DNA of 64,000 bases from Azolla caroliniana (taxonomy: Eukaryota; Plantae; Polypodiophyta), in the NCBI GenBank assembly GCA_043228905.1, contig JBHGNT010000001.1, forward strand, positions 2,728,001-2,792,000, in the 5' to 3' direction. The translations under genes were made by a program, and so were the position numbers. Below the pieces are notes generated by a model that was not told the origin of the DNA, made no database searches, and saw nothing but the letters and a program-made list of their open reading frames with translations. Numbering within the stretch: the stretch's first letter is position 1; the number at the start of each line of letters is the position of its first letter. This document shows positions 12,261 to 25,256 of the stretch, piece after piece.

Positions 12261-14653
12261 TTAATAGGCTCCGAAAGCACAACCAAGGAAAGAGGGCATG
12301 CGTCCCGTCCTTCGGATGTGTTGGGCATACTCCGAGGTCTTGGCCCCTTGCTCCTCTCTCCTAGCCTCTGCAGCTGCCCTCCTCTCCTCCCCCTTCCTCT
12401 TAGTCAACGCAATCTTGTTCATCATCTTCTCTTGTGCCACACACCTTATCCTCTCTAGCTTCGCCTACAATGCATCACCACACAAAATTGTTTTTCTTTT
12501 TCCTTTTGCCTTTTGATTCAAACACATTAGGTGTAAGGAACAACATTACCACGCATACATTCCTTTGCCTTACAATGCACGACCGCACAAATAGTTTTAT
12601 TCTATTCAAAAGATAGTGCGTGTGGTGGGGATGTAAGATATGAGCATTTTGAAACAACACATTGTGTTTTTACACCAACATATCCAAACCCATTAGAGAT
12701 GGTGTAAGAAACAGCTAAATTCTATTACTATGTACATGATGCTTGATGCATGCATGTACACATACACATGTATCTATTGCATCAACAATGAACATACACC
12801 ATACCACTTGTGTGCTTCTCCTAATTTTAATACTTAGCATCACCAATGAGTCTCTACACCCACAAAATCATTAAGGATTCACTACACTTTTTAATCACAC
12901 CCTAATGAACTAACCTCAATCCTTCTCATTTCAGCCTCAGCTTTTGCTTTTTGGTGATTCTCCCAAGCTTGGATTTTTGCCTCTTCCCTCTTGAATCTGC
13001 ATCAATGAACATTAACACTGATCGTCATAAACTTAAAGCACCTAATTTCTAGAATATCAATGTAACGATAAATTCCCATCAAAACTAGAGAAAAACAGAG
13101 TAATTGAGAATAATTTGTTACCGTGCCATATATTTAGCTTGTTCAGCTTCTTCCCAGGCAATTGCTCTGGTTTCCAAGACACTTCTCTTCACCTCTTCCA
13201 GATCAAGATTCTTCAATAACTTAGAAGAGGATTCATGGCTATCATCATCATCATTATTAGCATTGCCATCGTGTTTAACTCTCCCTGTAGCACTATTAAG
13301 CAGTTGGTCATCTTGATGATAATGGTGGTTATGATGATCGCCGGTGTCTAATTTCCCACTCTTTAATTCAAGATTTTCGTTTTTATGGTGCTCATCATCA
13401 TCATCATCCATTGCAAAACCTTCATTTCCACAGTGAGGGATGCCGATTTCTGGGAAAATGTCCACTGGGATGGATTGATGTGGGGTATTGTCTTCTTCGA
13501 ATGCTTTACGCGACGACATTCGATCCCGTTGTGGTGTGGAAGAGGCTGAAGAAACAGGGCTATTCATTGTGGGTGTGGTGGCTTGGATTGGTGTGGCTGT
13601 TAGTGATGGCTCTTGACTTGTTATAGGTGTCATCTCTGTGCCCATGTCCCTCATAGAAACAGAGAGTAGAGCTGATGGTGGGATTCCATAGGAAGAAGCT
13701 AATCATAGTAATAATAACAACCAAATGTCAGGGCATTGTAAAGAATCAAAAGACCTAATAAACCAAATTCAATAGCAAATTGGCATAAATATCAATTTGA
13801 ATTGTAAAATATCAATGGGCATAAATTTTGCCTGGCACACCATTGATGCATACATTTATGTGTATAAGTATGGATGGGCAATGTAGGTAAGTAATGTATT
13901 CTTACCTTGATCCCATGGGAGAGATTTCACAGGTTTGAAGAAGGGATCATCGGCATGAGAAGATTCATGTGAGACAATACCAACTTCCTTCAGCACAGCA
14001 TCATTGTATGTTGAGTCTTCTGGGACCGGAAAGAAATCGAAGGAAGCAACATCATCATCATCATCATCCTGCCCTGCTGGGGGAGAAGGGAAAGCAAAGA
14101 TGTTGGAGGAGGGGACCATATCTCGCGAAGACATGTCATGGCCATGGCCATGGCTATGGTCATGGTCATGGTCATGGTCATGATCATGTGGATGAAGATC
14201 CACTCTACAGCTGCTGGCCATATTAACAGCCCCATGATGGGACATTAGGCCTCCGGACCCACATTGGGCTAAATAATAATCACTATTGCATCTGGCTAGG
14301 CCCTGTTTTGATCTGGATAGGGTTATGGTTGATTGTGGAGGTGTTGGAGGAGGAGGAGGAGGAGGAGTATGTTTGGGCTTACTTGCAACCCATTTCTCAG
14401 CGTCATCCCATTTGGATGGACCAAACTTATGGCCACTTAATAATGTTGGCCTTATCAGAGATGGGAGTATTAATCCTCCTCTCTCTCCAGCCCCTTTATG
14501 GAACTCAAAGTTTGATGGGCTTCCCATACCATTATTCTCTGCATAATTAGTAGTAGTATGAGAAGCATTATTGTTATGGTACACTAAGGTTGAATCCATC
14601 ATCACTACCACATCACTATTGGGAAGTCTCCCATTGCTTAGCGTGGAATCCAT
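12261..14653 (-). CDS. REM: Remorin, group-6-like (long N-terminus plus Remorin_C coiled coil)
   Basis: Exons 14653(first ATG; acceptor gives exon start 14682, upstream exon(s) unresolved)-13906, 13698-13122, 12996-12915, 12464-12261; GT-AG and in phase. Motifs PSKWDDAEKW, SVSMRDMGTEMTPITSQEPS, AIAWEEAEQAKYMARFKREEAKIQAWENHQKAKAEAEMRRIEAKLE...IRRTGRMPSFLGCAFGAY*. Confidence 0.92.
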
Positions 14654-14787
14654 CACATTCAATGAGTGAAAAGGGTTCAAAACTACAATTGTAAAGTATA
14701 TAGAGATGGCCTATCATAACATGAAGGCTTTTCATGTGAAATCAGTAGACTATGTGAGGTTAAGATAGATGGACACAAGACTGATGA

Positions 14788-16570
14788 GGGGAGGGAGGGA
14801 GGGAGGGAGGGAGGGAGGGGGATGTTATTTATGCATTAGAAAAGAGTGGTTATGTGCTTAAGTTAAGCATTAAGATTATTTTGTTTGGATAAATGGTTAA
14901 GTACATAGATATCCATTGATACATAAGCCACTGAGTTTCTTCTCCTTCTTCTTCTTTTACTTTTGCTAGTCCCATTGTCAATCGCTACCATCAAAAGAGA
15001 AACTCCAAAAAGCAAACTCTAAGATAATAATAATGGGGAGAAGGGGGACTACCGAGAGTGAAAAAGGAAGAGATCAAAAACAAAAAGAGAAAGAAAGGAA
15101 AGATGTGAATCTACGCATAGCTATCTCGAATGTGGACAGTTCAAAGGAAGCTAAGCCTCAGTAAAAGATGAAGGAATTGTATATAAGTAAGAGTCACTGT
15201 TAAGGAATGATTGGATTTGGGGTAGAGTTTGACAGACATCACATACATATATACACATATCAAAACAATGAAAGTTGTGTGTGTATGTATATATAATACA
15301 TTTATGGATATATATATATATATATATGCTCTGGATTCATAGCGTACTGTGTGATTTAAACCATTATATGTTTAGAAATATCTATCTCTGATAAGACCTT
15401 TCAATCAGATGTGTAGAAATAAAGAACATAATAAGTTAGTTACATGGATGATGATGATGCAGAGATTACTATTGAACAGAATTGGAAATGTGGTCAGAAA
15501 TTCGAATCCTCCCCCCTCGAACCTCCCCCCACTTGGCATAATGACATAAAAACAAAAGGAAATGGGGAATTAATGTCTCTCTCTCTTCCCTCTTTCTTCT
15601 CTATACATATGTGTATATATATATATATATGTATGTATGTGTGAGGTTAGGTTTGAAATGAAAACCGTATGTATTATATATTCTATGGATTTGTTTAGAA
15701 TTTATGCTGCTCGTATCTACATATCTGTTATTTTGTGTTTTAAATGCAGAGTTTTTGCCGTGAATTTTGGCTCAAGGTCGCGCTCACATAACAGACAGAC
15801 AGACAGACAGAGACTCAAGTATGTGCATATTTTGACTGGACTTTTTCTTTACTTGATATTTGTATAGTTTTTTTTAATTTTTAAATGGAGTAAAGTTTAA
15901 ACAGAGAAGAGAGAAGAAGTAGTGCATGAAATAAATAAGTAAAAAGGTGCCTTGAAAGAGAGAGAGGGACACAAAGACAGAGAAAGGCAATTATGTATGT
16001 ATGTATGTATGTTATGTGTGTGTATGTATGTATGTATGTGCATTGTTTGTATGTATGTATGTGCATTGTGTGTATGTATGTATGTATACATTGGAGACGG
16101 GGGGGGGGGGGTTCTTTTAGATTTAATGACTTGGGTTTTGGCACTTCCTCTGTTTTGGGTTTAGGGTTTTTGGAAGGGGGGGGGGGGGGGGGGGGGGAAT
16201 TGATTGAGGAAGCACTGTGCACATACAATCCACCCTCCCTTACTTAATTGTGCTATTTAATTCTCCTTACAACTAAAATTTGTATGACTTCTACCCCTCT
16301 CTCTGTCTCTCTATTTCCTCTCAAATACAGAGGTGTTATAGAGAGAGAGAGAGAGTGGAGTGATGAGCGAGCGAGGTGAATGCTATACAAACTATGTATG
16401 TATGTACATGAGTCCGTCAGGCAGCTTAATGAGGAGGATTGATTCTGGATTTATGATATTTATCAGTGCCCCTCCCCCCCCCCCCTTCTTCTTTAAATGA
16501 AAATGAAGAAGAGTGAGGGAGGGAGGGAGGAGGAGGAAGGTGGAGTTGTGATTAAAGTCAGTCAGTCACA

Positions 16571-16618
<48 letters not shown>

Positions 16619-16934
16619 AGTGCGTGAAGGGGCAGGACATGGCACATGTGTGTGTACAGTAGTACAGCCCCCGCAAAAGCAAGAAAAACCTGAGTTTTTT
16701 CATAATATGTAATATGTATGGTATGGTATGGTATGGTATGGTATGTAAGGTTGACTGTGTATTAATCCCCCTCCCCCTCCCTTGATGAATGAATGAATGA
16801 ATGAATGAGTGAGTGAATGGGTGAGTGAATGGGTGAGTGGGGGCCAGCCAAGAGACGACTACCAGTCACTCAGTCAACATCAGAAACCAAAATTCAGTCT
16901 GATTAAAGTCATCACACCTTCTTCTTTAACGGCT

Positions 16935-16980
<46 letters not shown>

Positions 16981-17055
16981 TCTCTCTCTCTCTCTATAGA
17001 TATACTGTATACATATGTACATACATTGCATGCATACATACATACATACATACAT
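14788..17055. repeat. Microsatellite-dense 5' region of the remorin gene
   Basis: (GGGA)n ~14788, (TA)n, (TATG)n ~15993-16088, G22 at 16176-16197, (GA)n/(CT)n, (ATGGT)n ~16716-16745, (TGAA)n ~16785-16806. Confidence 0.85.
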
Positions 17056-18855
17056 CCAATCTGTGCATGCACACATTTGTTCGAGCTACGGACCACCTCT
17101 CTCTTGTTAGCGTTATGCTCGAAACATGCCCCTTGAACTTCCCTACAAACCTTTTGCCTCTCTATCCATATTGCATAGAAAACTCTCGCAAAGTTTTTAA
17201 CCCTCTTGGTTGAGGATCTCCTTATGGCCAGCCTTGTGTCACTAGCTTGTAGGTTGCGGTTAAGTCAAAGAAAGCTTGCAAGAGTTAGCTACATAGCCCT
17301 TAGTCTATCACTACCTCACGTAACAATGAGAGAGACACAAACATCCCCTAGATTGTAAGAAATGCATGCTTAAAAGTAAAACCTCTTCAATTCCCACTTA
17401 TATCAATTGTGGTGAAGTATCAAATTTGTTCATGGGCCCCTAAAAATGCATGGAAATCCTTGCTTATGTGGTTGCATGTGTCTGGAAGTCCCCTTGCATA
17501 TTATTTTGAGCTTCCCTATCATGCCAAGAACTGAACTTGATACCATGACGCTCTCACAACTATTCGAGAAATTCTTCTTCTTGTCATTTAACTGAAAAGA
17601 AAATGCACATTGTCGAGAAAGATGATCTTGTCATTTCATAAAAAACCTCTTGATCATTTGAGGTGTCTTTTTGAGCGACACAACTTGCGGAAGTTGATGT
17701 GTAAATGTAACAACGTGTTTTGACACTATCGTTTGCATGAGTTGCTTTGATGCGATAGGTTCTCAAAATAGTTTTCTTTATGAGGAACATATTCCAATGC
17801 CAATATGTAAAGTTTGGATAGTAAACGCGCAAAGTGAGACACAGAGAGTGTTACTACATCATGATGGTTCAGTATACTTTGCATTTCCTTTTATGCTTTA
17901 TATAACAATGCATGTGAGTACGAAAATCAAATAATATGAGTGGGACTAGTTAGCTAACATTGTTAAAATTCCGTTCTTCTATACACACATTTTGGAGTTT
18001 CCAATCAAATTACCACCTTGCATTGCACAATAAATACATAAGTAAATGTGGATAACTAGGTCACGATTTATCTTTCATAGATTTTACAAGAAATGCATGG
18101 ATTTTAACGCCAATAACCAATAACATTAAAAAAGCTTCAGAGGTTCTACTTTACAACAAAAGTTATATATTTCCTTGTGTGTAAGCTTAAGTAAAATGGA
18201 AAAGCCAAATGATTGGGATCGCTAACCTCATGATTTGTTGCCATTCACCTTTGACGTTTTTCATCTTTTTCAACCAACAATCAGCCAATGAATGGTAGAC
18301 AACATAGATAGTATCAATTTAACTTATCTGTGTTGAAGAGCTTCCAATTTTTCAAATTGGCGCCTTGTTTTACCATGGGAGGCAATATGTTAAATCCACG
18401 AAGCATGTAATCTATGCCTTCAATGCAAAGGTTTTGCAAAGTCACTCGACAAGGCATCTTTCATGGCTTTATTTCATGAAGCTTCATGGTGGCATGTTGC
18501 CAACGATGGTAAGTCATTAAAATGTTTAGAACTTAATAAACTTGTATGTATATTTAAGAATCAATGCTTTTCCTCTTCAAAAAGTTATCTTTATAGTTCA
18601 AGTTCAACATCACTATCTACATTGTTTCTTCCAAGAATACAATTTGGAACAATCCTAACATATCGGCATGGGTAAACTCAACATCAGTCTCCATCATAAA
18701 AAAATCTATAAGACTGTGAGGTCACCTATTTCTCCTACCTCTCTTCTCAATCCTAGCTCTTGTCTCATTATCACACAAATTTCATTAATAGAATTGTAAT
18801 TGCAATTAGCAAAGTCTCTCACTTCCATCATACCTTCGGTGTCCCTAGTCCAAAA

Positions 18856-19090
18856 GGAAGCTATCACAAGTGAGCCAAGCCTTCTTGTTTTTATGTTTCA
18901 AAAGTGTTCATGAACAAGGCTTCTTGTGGGAAGCTATCATGAATGAGCCAAGCCTTCTTGTTTTTATGTTTCAAAAGTGTTCGTGAACAAGGCTTCTTGT
19001 GGGAAGCTATCATGAGTGAGCCAAACCTTCTTGTTTTTATGGTTCAAAAGTGTTCATGACCAAGCCTTCTTGTTTATATGGTCCAAAAGT
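18856..19090. repeat. 73-bp minisatellite, ~3.2 copies
   Basis: GGAAGCTATC recurs at 18856, 18929 and 19002; each unit has two caag[c/g]cttcttgt subrepeats. Confidence 0.9.
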
Positions 19091-20569
19091 TAGCATAGTC
19101 GAAGCAAAGCCACTCAAAATCCTTATTGCACAACCTTGCCAAGCCTTTTCTATTATATATTTCAGAAGTTACGATTTTATGTTGTCATTATTAAAACAAT
19201 TGATAGTACAATAAGTGAGCTTCTACCTTGCATAAGGTCAAAATGTACAACCTCTTCTTTGATAGTTATACATTTCAACCAACTGAGCAAGACTGCATTT
19301 ATTACGAACACAAATTTTCTACCCTAGCGTTCCTTAAACAATGTACATACAAAACCTTTGGCCACTTTCTCCTTAGGACGAGGAGATGGATAGACAAGAT
19401 TCAAGAAGAATAATTAGCCTAAATAAAAGAGATACAAAAGATTAGGGTGATGACAAAAGCACATGTTGGAGAGATTAGAACTAGGAAAAATTAAAGAAGG
19501 ATTTGGCTAAAGGAAAGAGTTAATATGGAAGATTGGGGTGAGGAGCATAGCACATGCCAAAGAGATTCTAACATGAGACATTTATGTAGAGCCTAGTTAT
19601 GGTTGACATACTAGATGAGATCCTAAAGGGGAATCTTGTCGTTGCAAGGGACAACTAAGATTGTTAGACCCTACTTGTGGTTGATTGATTACATGTTGAC
19701 CATATATAGGAGATGATAGTTTAATCAAGATCATATTATGGCATGACCAATTGGGCAACATGTCAAGAACTAGAAATGTTCGTGCAATCAATTAGTGATG
19801 CATGCTTTTCGTTATCTTTGTGAATGACACAAGGTTTGGATATGGAGGAGATGTTCAAAATGTGATTGATGACCTTGGTGGTAAAGGCTCTAGCATCCTA
19901 CAATGGTAGGGATTTTAAATCTAATGAATTCTAAATCTAACAAGAGTTGACAATCATGCAGTCTAATGCAAAGTAATGTTGTCAAATAAGCCATGACCTA
20001 GTTATGTTGATGGTGTGTAACATGTGAATCTCCTCCATTTTGAGGTATGGGTGGAGGCCATGCACATCACTCACCATGGTATAGGTAACACTTGAGCTCT
20101 AGACCAAGAAAGGCTTCCTTATAATTCTCTACGTAAAGCATGTCAATCTACCTAAGAAAACCAAATTAGCACATCACTCAGGATCCTAATTAAGTAGAAT
20201 CACGAAGATCTAATGGGATCTAAGGAAATAAAGTGTCAGGTTACAAAAAAGACCTACATTCCACCAAACACTTTGAAATTCAACTCAACCACAATCACTA
20301 AACAAGTCTGTTCCAAGCAAGGATTATGTGATGTTGATTTAGGAAACCATCTTGCTACCAAAACCAATCAGTAGTCGAACCTATATTTACAACAAACACT
20401 CTTGCAAACAAATCAAAAACTGCATGTGGTTAACCAAGAGAACTATATATTATAGAACCATCTTGCGTCCACGAAACCATACCATGGTGGTTGAAGACAG
20501 GTAAAGGAGCCTCCACATGAAGAGCGGGTTGACACTGATTCAAAAGAATTAGGCATGGAACCATAGGGA

Positions 20570-20790
20570 GAGTGGGCTTCGCCATGTAAATGGATTTATC
20601 AACATAAGCACAAATCTTGGCTCACCACCAAAGGCTTCAAGAAGTAACATGGAATTGATTTTGATGTAATCTACTTGCTAGTTGTGAAGATGACAATGTT
20701 GACGATGCTATTTTTAGTCACAAACAAGGGATATATGGAGCTTGGGCACATGGATGTGAAGACCTCATGTCTTCATGAGGTAACAACCTA
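20570..20790 (+). mobile_element. Ty1/Copia reverse-transcriptase relic
   Basis: Translates as PCKWIYQHKHKSWLTTKGFKK*HGIDFDVIYLLVVKMTMLTML...MELGHMDVKTSCLHE, matching the RVT_2 pattern CKWVYK..KARLVAKGF.Q..GIDF.E.FSPVVK...QMDVKTAFLHG with stops and deletions. Confidence 0.85.
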
Positions 20791-20899
20791 TTGGGTTTGC
20801 CAAACCAAGAATGGAGGGATGGAGAGGAAATGGGTTGATGGTATAAACCAACCTACCAGAAAATGGAGCCAAAGAACTCAACTAGTCAATTGACTAACA

Positions 20900-22100
20900 A
20901 GCACTTGGTCACCTTGGGCAAATGGCAGACCTCGTCCAATGTGAGTCCCTTCCCATCATATAAATCTCGAGTTATGTCATGGGCCTCATAGCAAGTGAAC
21001 TACCCTCAATTTGTATCATGAGGAATAAGGCACCCGGATTTAGAAACCAAGCATGTAATACCTCATCTGTGGAGAAAGCAATGTTTTTTTCAAGGGTAAA
21101 CTATATCTGATTCGTCCATTACTTCCATCCTTTTTAGATGGGACATTAACCTCTTACTCTTTAAGCATCGATAAAGCCCTCAAGTATTTTTCATGTCCAA
21201 CACCACTAAGGTTCGGTCTTTCACTCATAGGACAAGGCAGTCCCTCTGGCGAATTGCACTACAAACTTCCATGTATGAGAGTACATTGGTTGGTGGACTC
21301 AAGCTTAGCATTGTACAAAAGTGTCTCATGGACTCAACAATGTGAGCTCTTGCATCTCCAAGTCCAAGTTTATCTTTTGCCCCTTCAGTTGTTACCCAAT
21401 GGCATTGAACTCATTTATGCAAGCGGTGATTGAATCAGGTTCTTTCATTCAACTCTCAAACAACCTCCAAATAACACAGATGTTGTTCAATGTAGTATTC
21501 TTCTCATATGAGTTGTGGTAGATTCTTCCATGTCTTCTTTGAGATTCGAAGATTAAGCTCTCAACTCAACAGAATCTTCCCCTTTTTCTCAACAATTGAT
21601 TAATCACCCATGTTTCCTCGGCTTCCCTTGTGTCTGCTTTTGCATTGCCTTCTTGCAAGAGTTGTTGAGCCTTCAAAAGCTCTTCCATAGCCTTTTTGTA
21701 AACAAACCTGTCACTTGAATATCATGCTGGAGTTAGGGCTAACCCACAGTTTTACGCAATCCCTCAAAGACCTAAAGTTTTTACACCATGAATACAGCCA
21801 AAAATACAAAAAATGGCAAGATCACAATGGTAACACAACACTCTAAGGCACAAGAAGATCACAATGCACCAGAGATTGGTGCTTTATTATACACGATAGT
21901 AGGTACAAGATTGTGTGCAAGAGTTCTCTATCACAAAATCACAATTAAAAACGACCAATCTTGTGATGGGCCAGAAGTTCCTTATATACATACTTTGATT
22001 TGGAAAGTTCACATTAGGTCGATCCAACAGAGATGTCCGTAAAGCATGCCCTATTTACATCAATGTTCATTACAAATGTTATTGATGAACGCGTTCTGAC
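20900..22100 (-). mobile_element. Degenerate Copia gag/protease plus LTR-like remnant
   Basis: Minus strand AWFLNPGALF at ~21020-21052 resembles the Copia protease W.LDSGAS.H. A degenerate PBS complement (...acacca tg, ~21790) is followed by LTR-like sequence. Boundaries approximate. Confidence 0.5.
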
Positions 22101-22673
22101 TCTACCAAGTCCAAGTGAAATTATACTTTTCAAGCACGGTGTGACCAAGCTTATCAAAAGTTTAAAATTTGCTTAGAATTACTTTTCATATAATTGTTAG
22201 AATACATCAAATGAACAAAAGCTGCATTGGTACATAAATTGATAATCACTAACCGAATCACAATAGTTAGTGCTCAAAATACAGCATCTGCAATCATGGT
22301 ATCCTCATGCATAATAAACATAAATCTACTAGGTGCAATGTAATGTAACTGGTTATAAATTAAATAATGTAGTAGTTGCAGCACAACAGTTAAAAAATAA
22401 TGGCACCTATATAAAGTTATTTACCTTTTCAAATGGCAAACATTACCACAAATTTCCATACCAAAATGGAATACTTGTACATAGAGCCCAAACATTGCTA
22501 CAATTTTGATTGCTATGATTTGGTTATTTCCATACAGGACAATACTCTTTCCACACATCTAGCAACAACACCTAACGGACTCACATTTATACCAACATTG
22601 CCACAAATTCTCAGTTACTACTTTGTCATCAATGCATAGATGGTTCATTACAACCACCAAATCTTTTCCATTA

Positions 22674-25256
22674 CTATTTCATAATCATTGCATAGAGGAG
22701 TTCATTCCATGCATCTGGAACTCCAGGCAAACACCAATGGCTACAATCTTGATACCCATGCATGTTAAGAAGGCCATAGATAGATGGGTGGCCATCACTT
22801 CGAAAGCCTGAAAGTCGAGTAATATTAAGGAGTTTCACTGGAAATTTCATTTCTGCCAGTGTCTTTTCTAACACTGGCATCTTCTCTGGGTACCTTGGAA
22901 GCCATGATTGTTTAGAAATGGGTTGAGTCGCAGTAAGGCACTCTCCACCTAAGTTCCATTTTCCACCCCTACAATTTTAGGACACGCAATGCTTCAATAT
23001 ATATGGTCTATCATAATTGAGTTAGTATCATGGATCCTGTTAAATACAATGGATCTCCATATTTGTAAAGATAAGTCATTTGCTTTCTTAATATATTGCA
23101 AAGACTTTTAATCTTGACACTATGTGGTAAAATGGTCAAAGTCATGAAAGAGAATCTAATCAACCTGTGGGTAATTTCTGACTAAAGTTCAAGCATATTT
23201 CAATCGTTTCCTGTGCCATCTCTGTGTTCATAAATAACTTCAAATCTTTTTTATTTGGGATCATGGTGAAGAGTATTTATTCAGTCATGCTATGAAAATT
23301 TCACTCAATAGTGAATCCATGACCAAGCTTACCTCCAGGAGAAATTGCAATATACACTTTAAACTATAATATGTGTGCAGTATTGAAATTCTTAACTCAG
23401 TATATGTAAGCTTTGTTTAATTATGTTTGATCATACTCATTATTCAAACAAATAAATCTCGTTTATATTTTGTTTAACATGTATGACATTATATTAATTG
23501 GACGATGAATCGCATATATGTTAACTTACTTGTAATGCCCTGGAGAATAACCCGAGAGAAACACCATAGTCTTCGCTGGGTCAACATATTTGTCCACCCA
23601 AGTTGCCCATGTCTTCATTGCCTTTGTAAATGCTACCATCAAATTCAGCTTGGGATGGACATTCTCCCCCTCAATGTAGAAATTCTTCCTTCCCTAGCAC
23701 AAGAAGAAACTTAGTGTTTTGCTTAATATAATTCAGTGATAACTATGGTCAAGATGAAGTGTTTCCTGAATATAATACAAAGAGAACCATTGTCTAGACT
23801 AAAGCAGCCACCCACCCTCTAGCAGTTTTCCCACGAGTCCACCAATGTCCAGTTGTGAACACGAGAATGTCTGCACGTTTCCAATAGAAATGTGATTCAT
23901 GTGCTCTATCCAATCTCAATCTGGAGATCTTTGAGTTATTATATTCCTCATCTACCAGAAACCGTGAGCTATAATACTCCAAATGGAATTCATAATCCTG
24001 AAACAATGCAAGAAAACCTGACCTTGAGTACAAAGTTTATGGGAAATTGATCAAATTGAAGGGGAAGGGGCATGATTATTAAAGGTCTACACTGCATAAA
24101 GTTTCTTTATTCTAACGATAATACTCTTCATACACCTCAGAAGAAATTGTTATGCTCAATCCTTAAACATTACCAATAATATATAATTCATATATGTAAT
24201 AATGTATTTATACATAGTGAGAGAGAAATTTATATTTAACTTATTGGAACTCTTTCATTGCTGGAAAAAAATAGTTTTTAGCATCAATCAGTTGAAGAAA
24301 CCATTTCGAGGTACACTTCATATAATAAATTTCAATGCATGCAAGTAATAAAAATGAGCAATGGATAACGTGAAGAAGGACACCTGGAATTTGAATATGT
24401 AGCTACTCTTATGCTTCCCGATCTTTTCTCCATGTATTTCAAACACTCTACTCTTGTTTGGTAACGTTTCACTAAGTAAGCAAAGCATGGATTCCCATTG
24501 GTTGCGGCTCAATGAATCACCCACAAAAACCATGCGCTTACCCTTCATCGAAGTTAAGAAATATGTGCCATTGAACCTGACAGAAAAGAAAGCAATCAAT
24601 CAATTGCATTGCCTCTCGTTCTTATAAGATCCTTGATTTTTGTAAGACTCGGGAAACGTTAGAAACAAAAACGCCTAAAAGAAGGGGGGGGGGGGGGGGG
24701 GGGGGATGGCCGTGAGCTTTTCTTATTTCCTGATTTTTGTTATTTCCCCCAAAGAGGGATGAATCAACCGTATACTGGCTCAAATCGGCATGTACAGTAA
24801 CTGAGAAGAAGGGGATGTCCCACGAATTGACCATATAATTGCTTAACCAGCACACATGACCGAGGAATTTAACAGGATTAAAACATGAACGGACCACAAA
24901 ATTTAAGAGAAATGAAGAAATAACATATATAAAAGAAATAACATAACTGACCTAGGAATATTGCAACCAAAAGGTTGCCATTTCCAATGAGTGTAGCTTG
25001 AATTATGTCTTCCATTAGCAAAGCAGCTAAAAGACTCTTCAACATAAGGGCAAGAATCAGGTTTATATAAAGGATAGCCTTCATCGACAACCCATTCACC
25101 TTCAAAAGCATTGCATTCCTCTCTACTAGATTTAGCCCACGTTCTAATGAGGCTTTTCTGAGTGCTTTTATTGAGCAATGTATCAAAAGCCATCATTATC
25201 TGGAAAGCACATCCCAACATCACTAGAGATGCAATGCAGACTACCCATTTCTTCAT
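22674..25256 (-). CDS. TBL: TRICHOME BIREFRINGENCE-LIKE protein (PMR5N + PC-esterase; cell-wall polysaccharide O-acetyltransferase), 5 exons, ~377 aa
   Basis: Exons 25256-24952, 24576-24384, 23997-23816, 23688-23530, 22968-22674. N-terminal anchor, CNAFEGEWVVD..YPLY....CPY...F.C..NGR, catalytic FVGDSLSRNQWES and QDCSHWCLPGVPDAWN motifs all intact. Confidence 0.95.

Noticed and set aside
15881-17213. ORFs of 64-134 aa upstream of the remorin
   Set aside because: Translations of microsatellites (YVCM, HTYI, SLSL repeats).
17200-18700. Possible decayed transposase
   Set aside because: Looks like degraded coding DNA, but I could not assign a diagnostic motif; needs tblastx or RepeatMasker.
18856-19090. 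CRISPR-like array
   Set aside because: The would-be spacers are repeats of each other, the context is eukaryotic and there are no cas genes.
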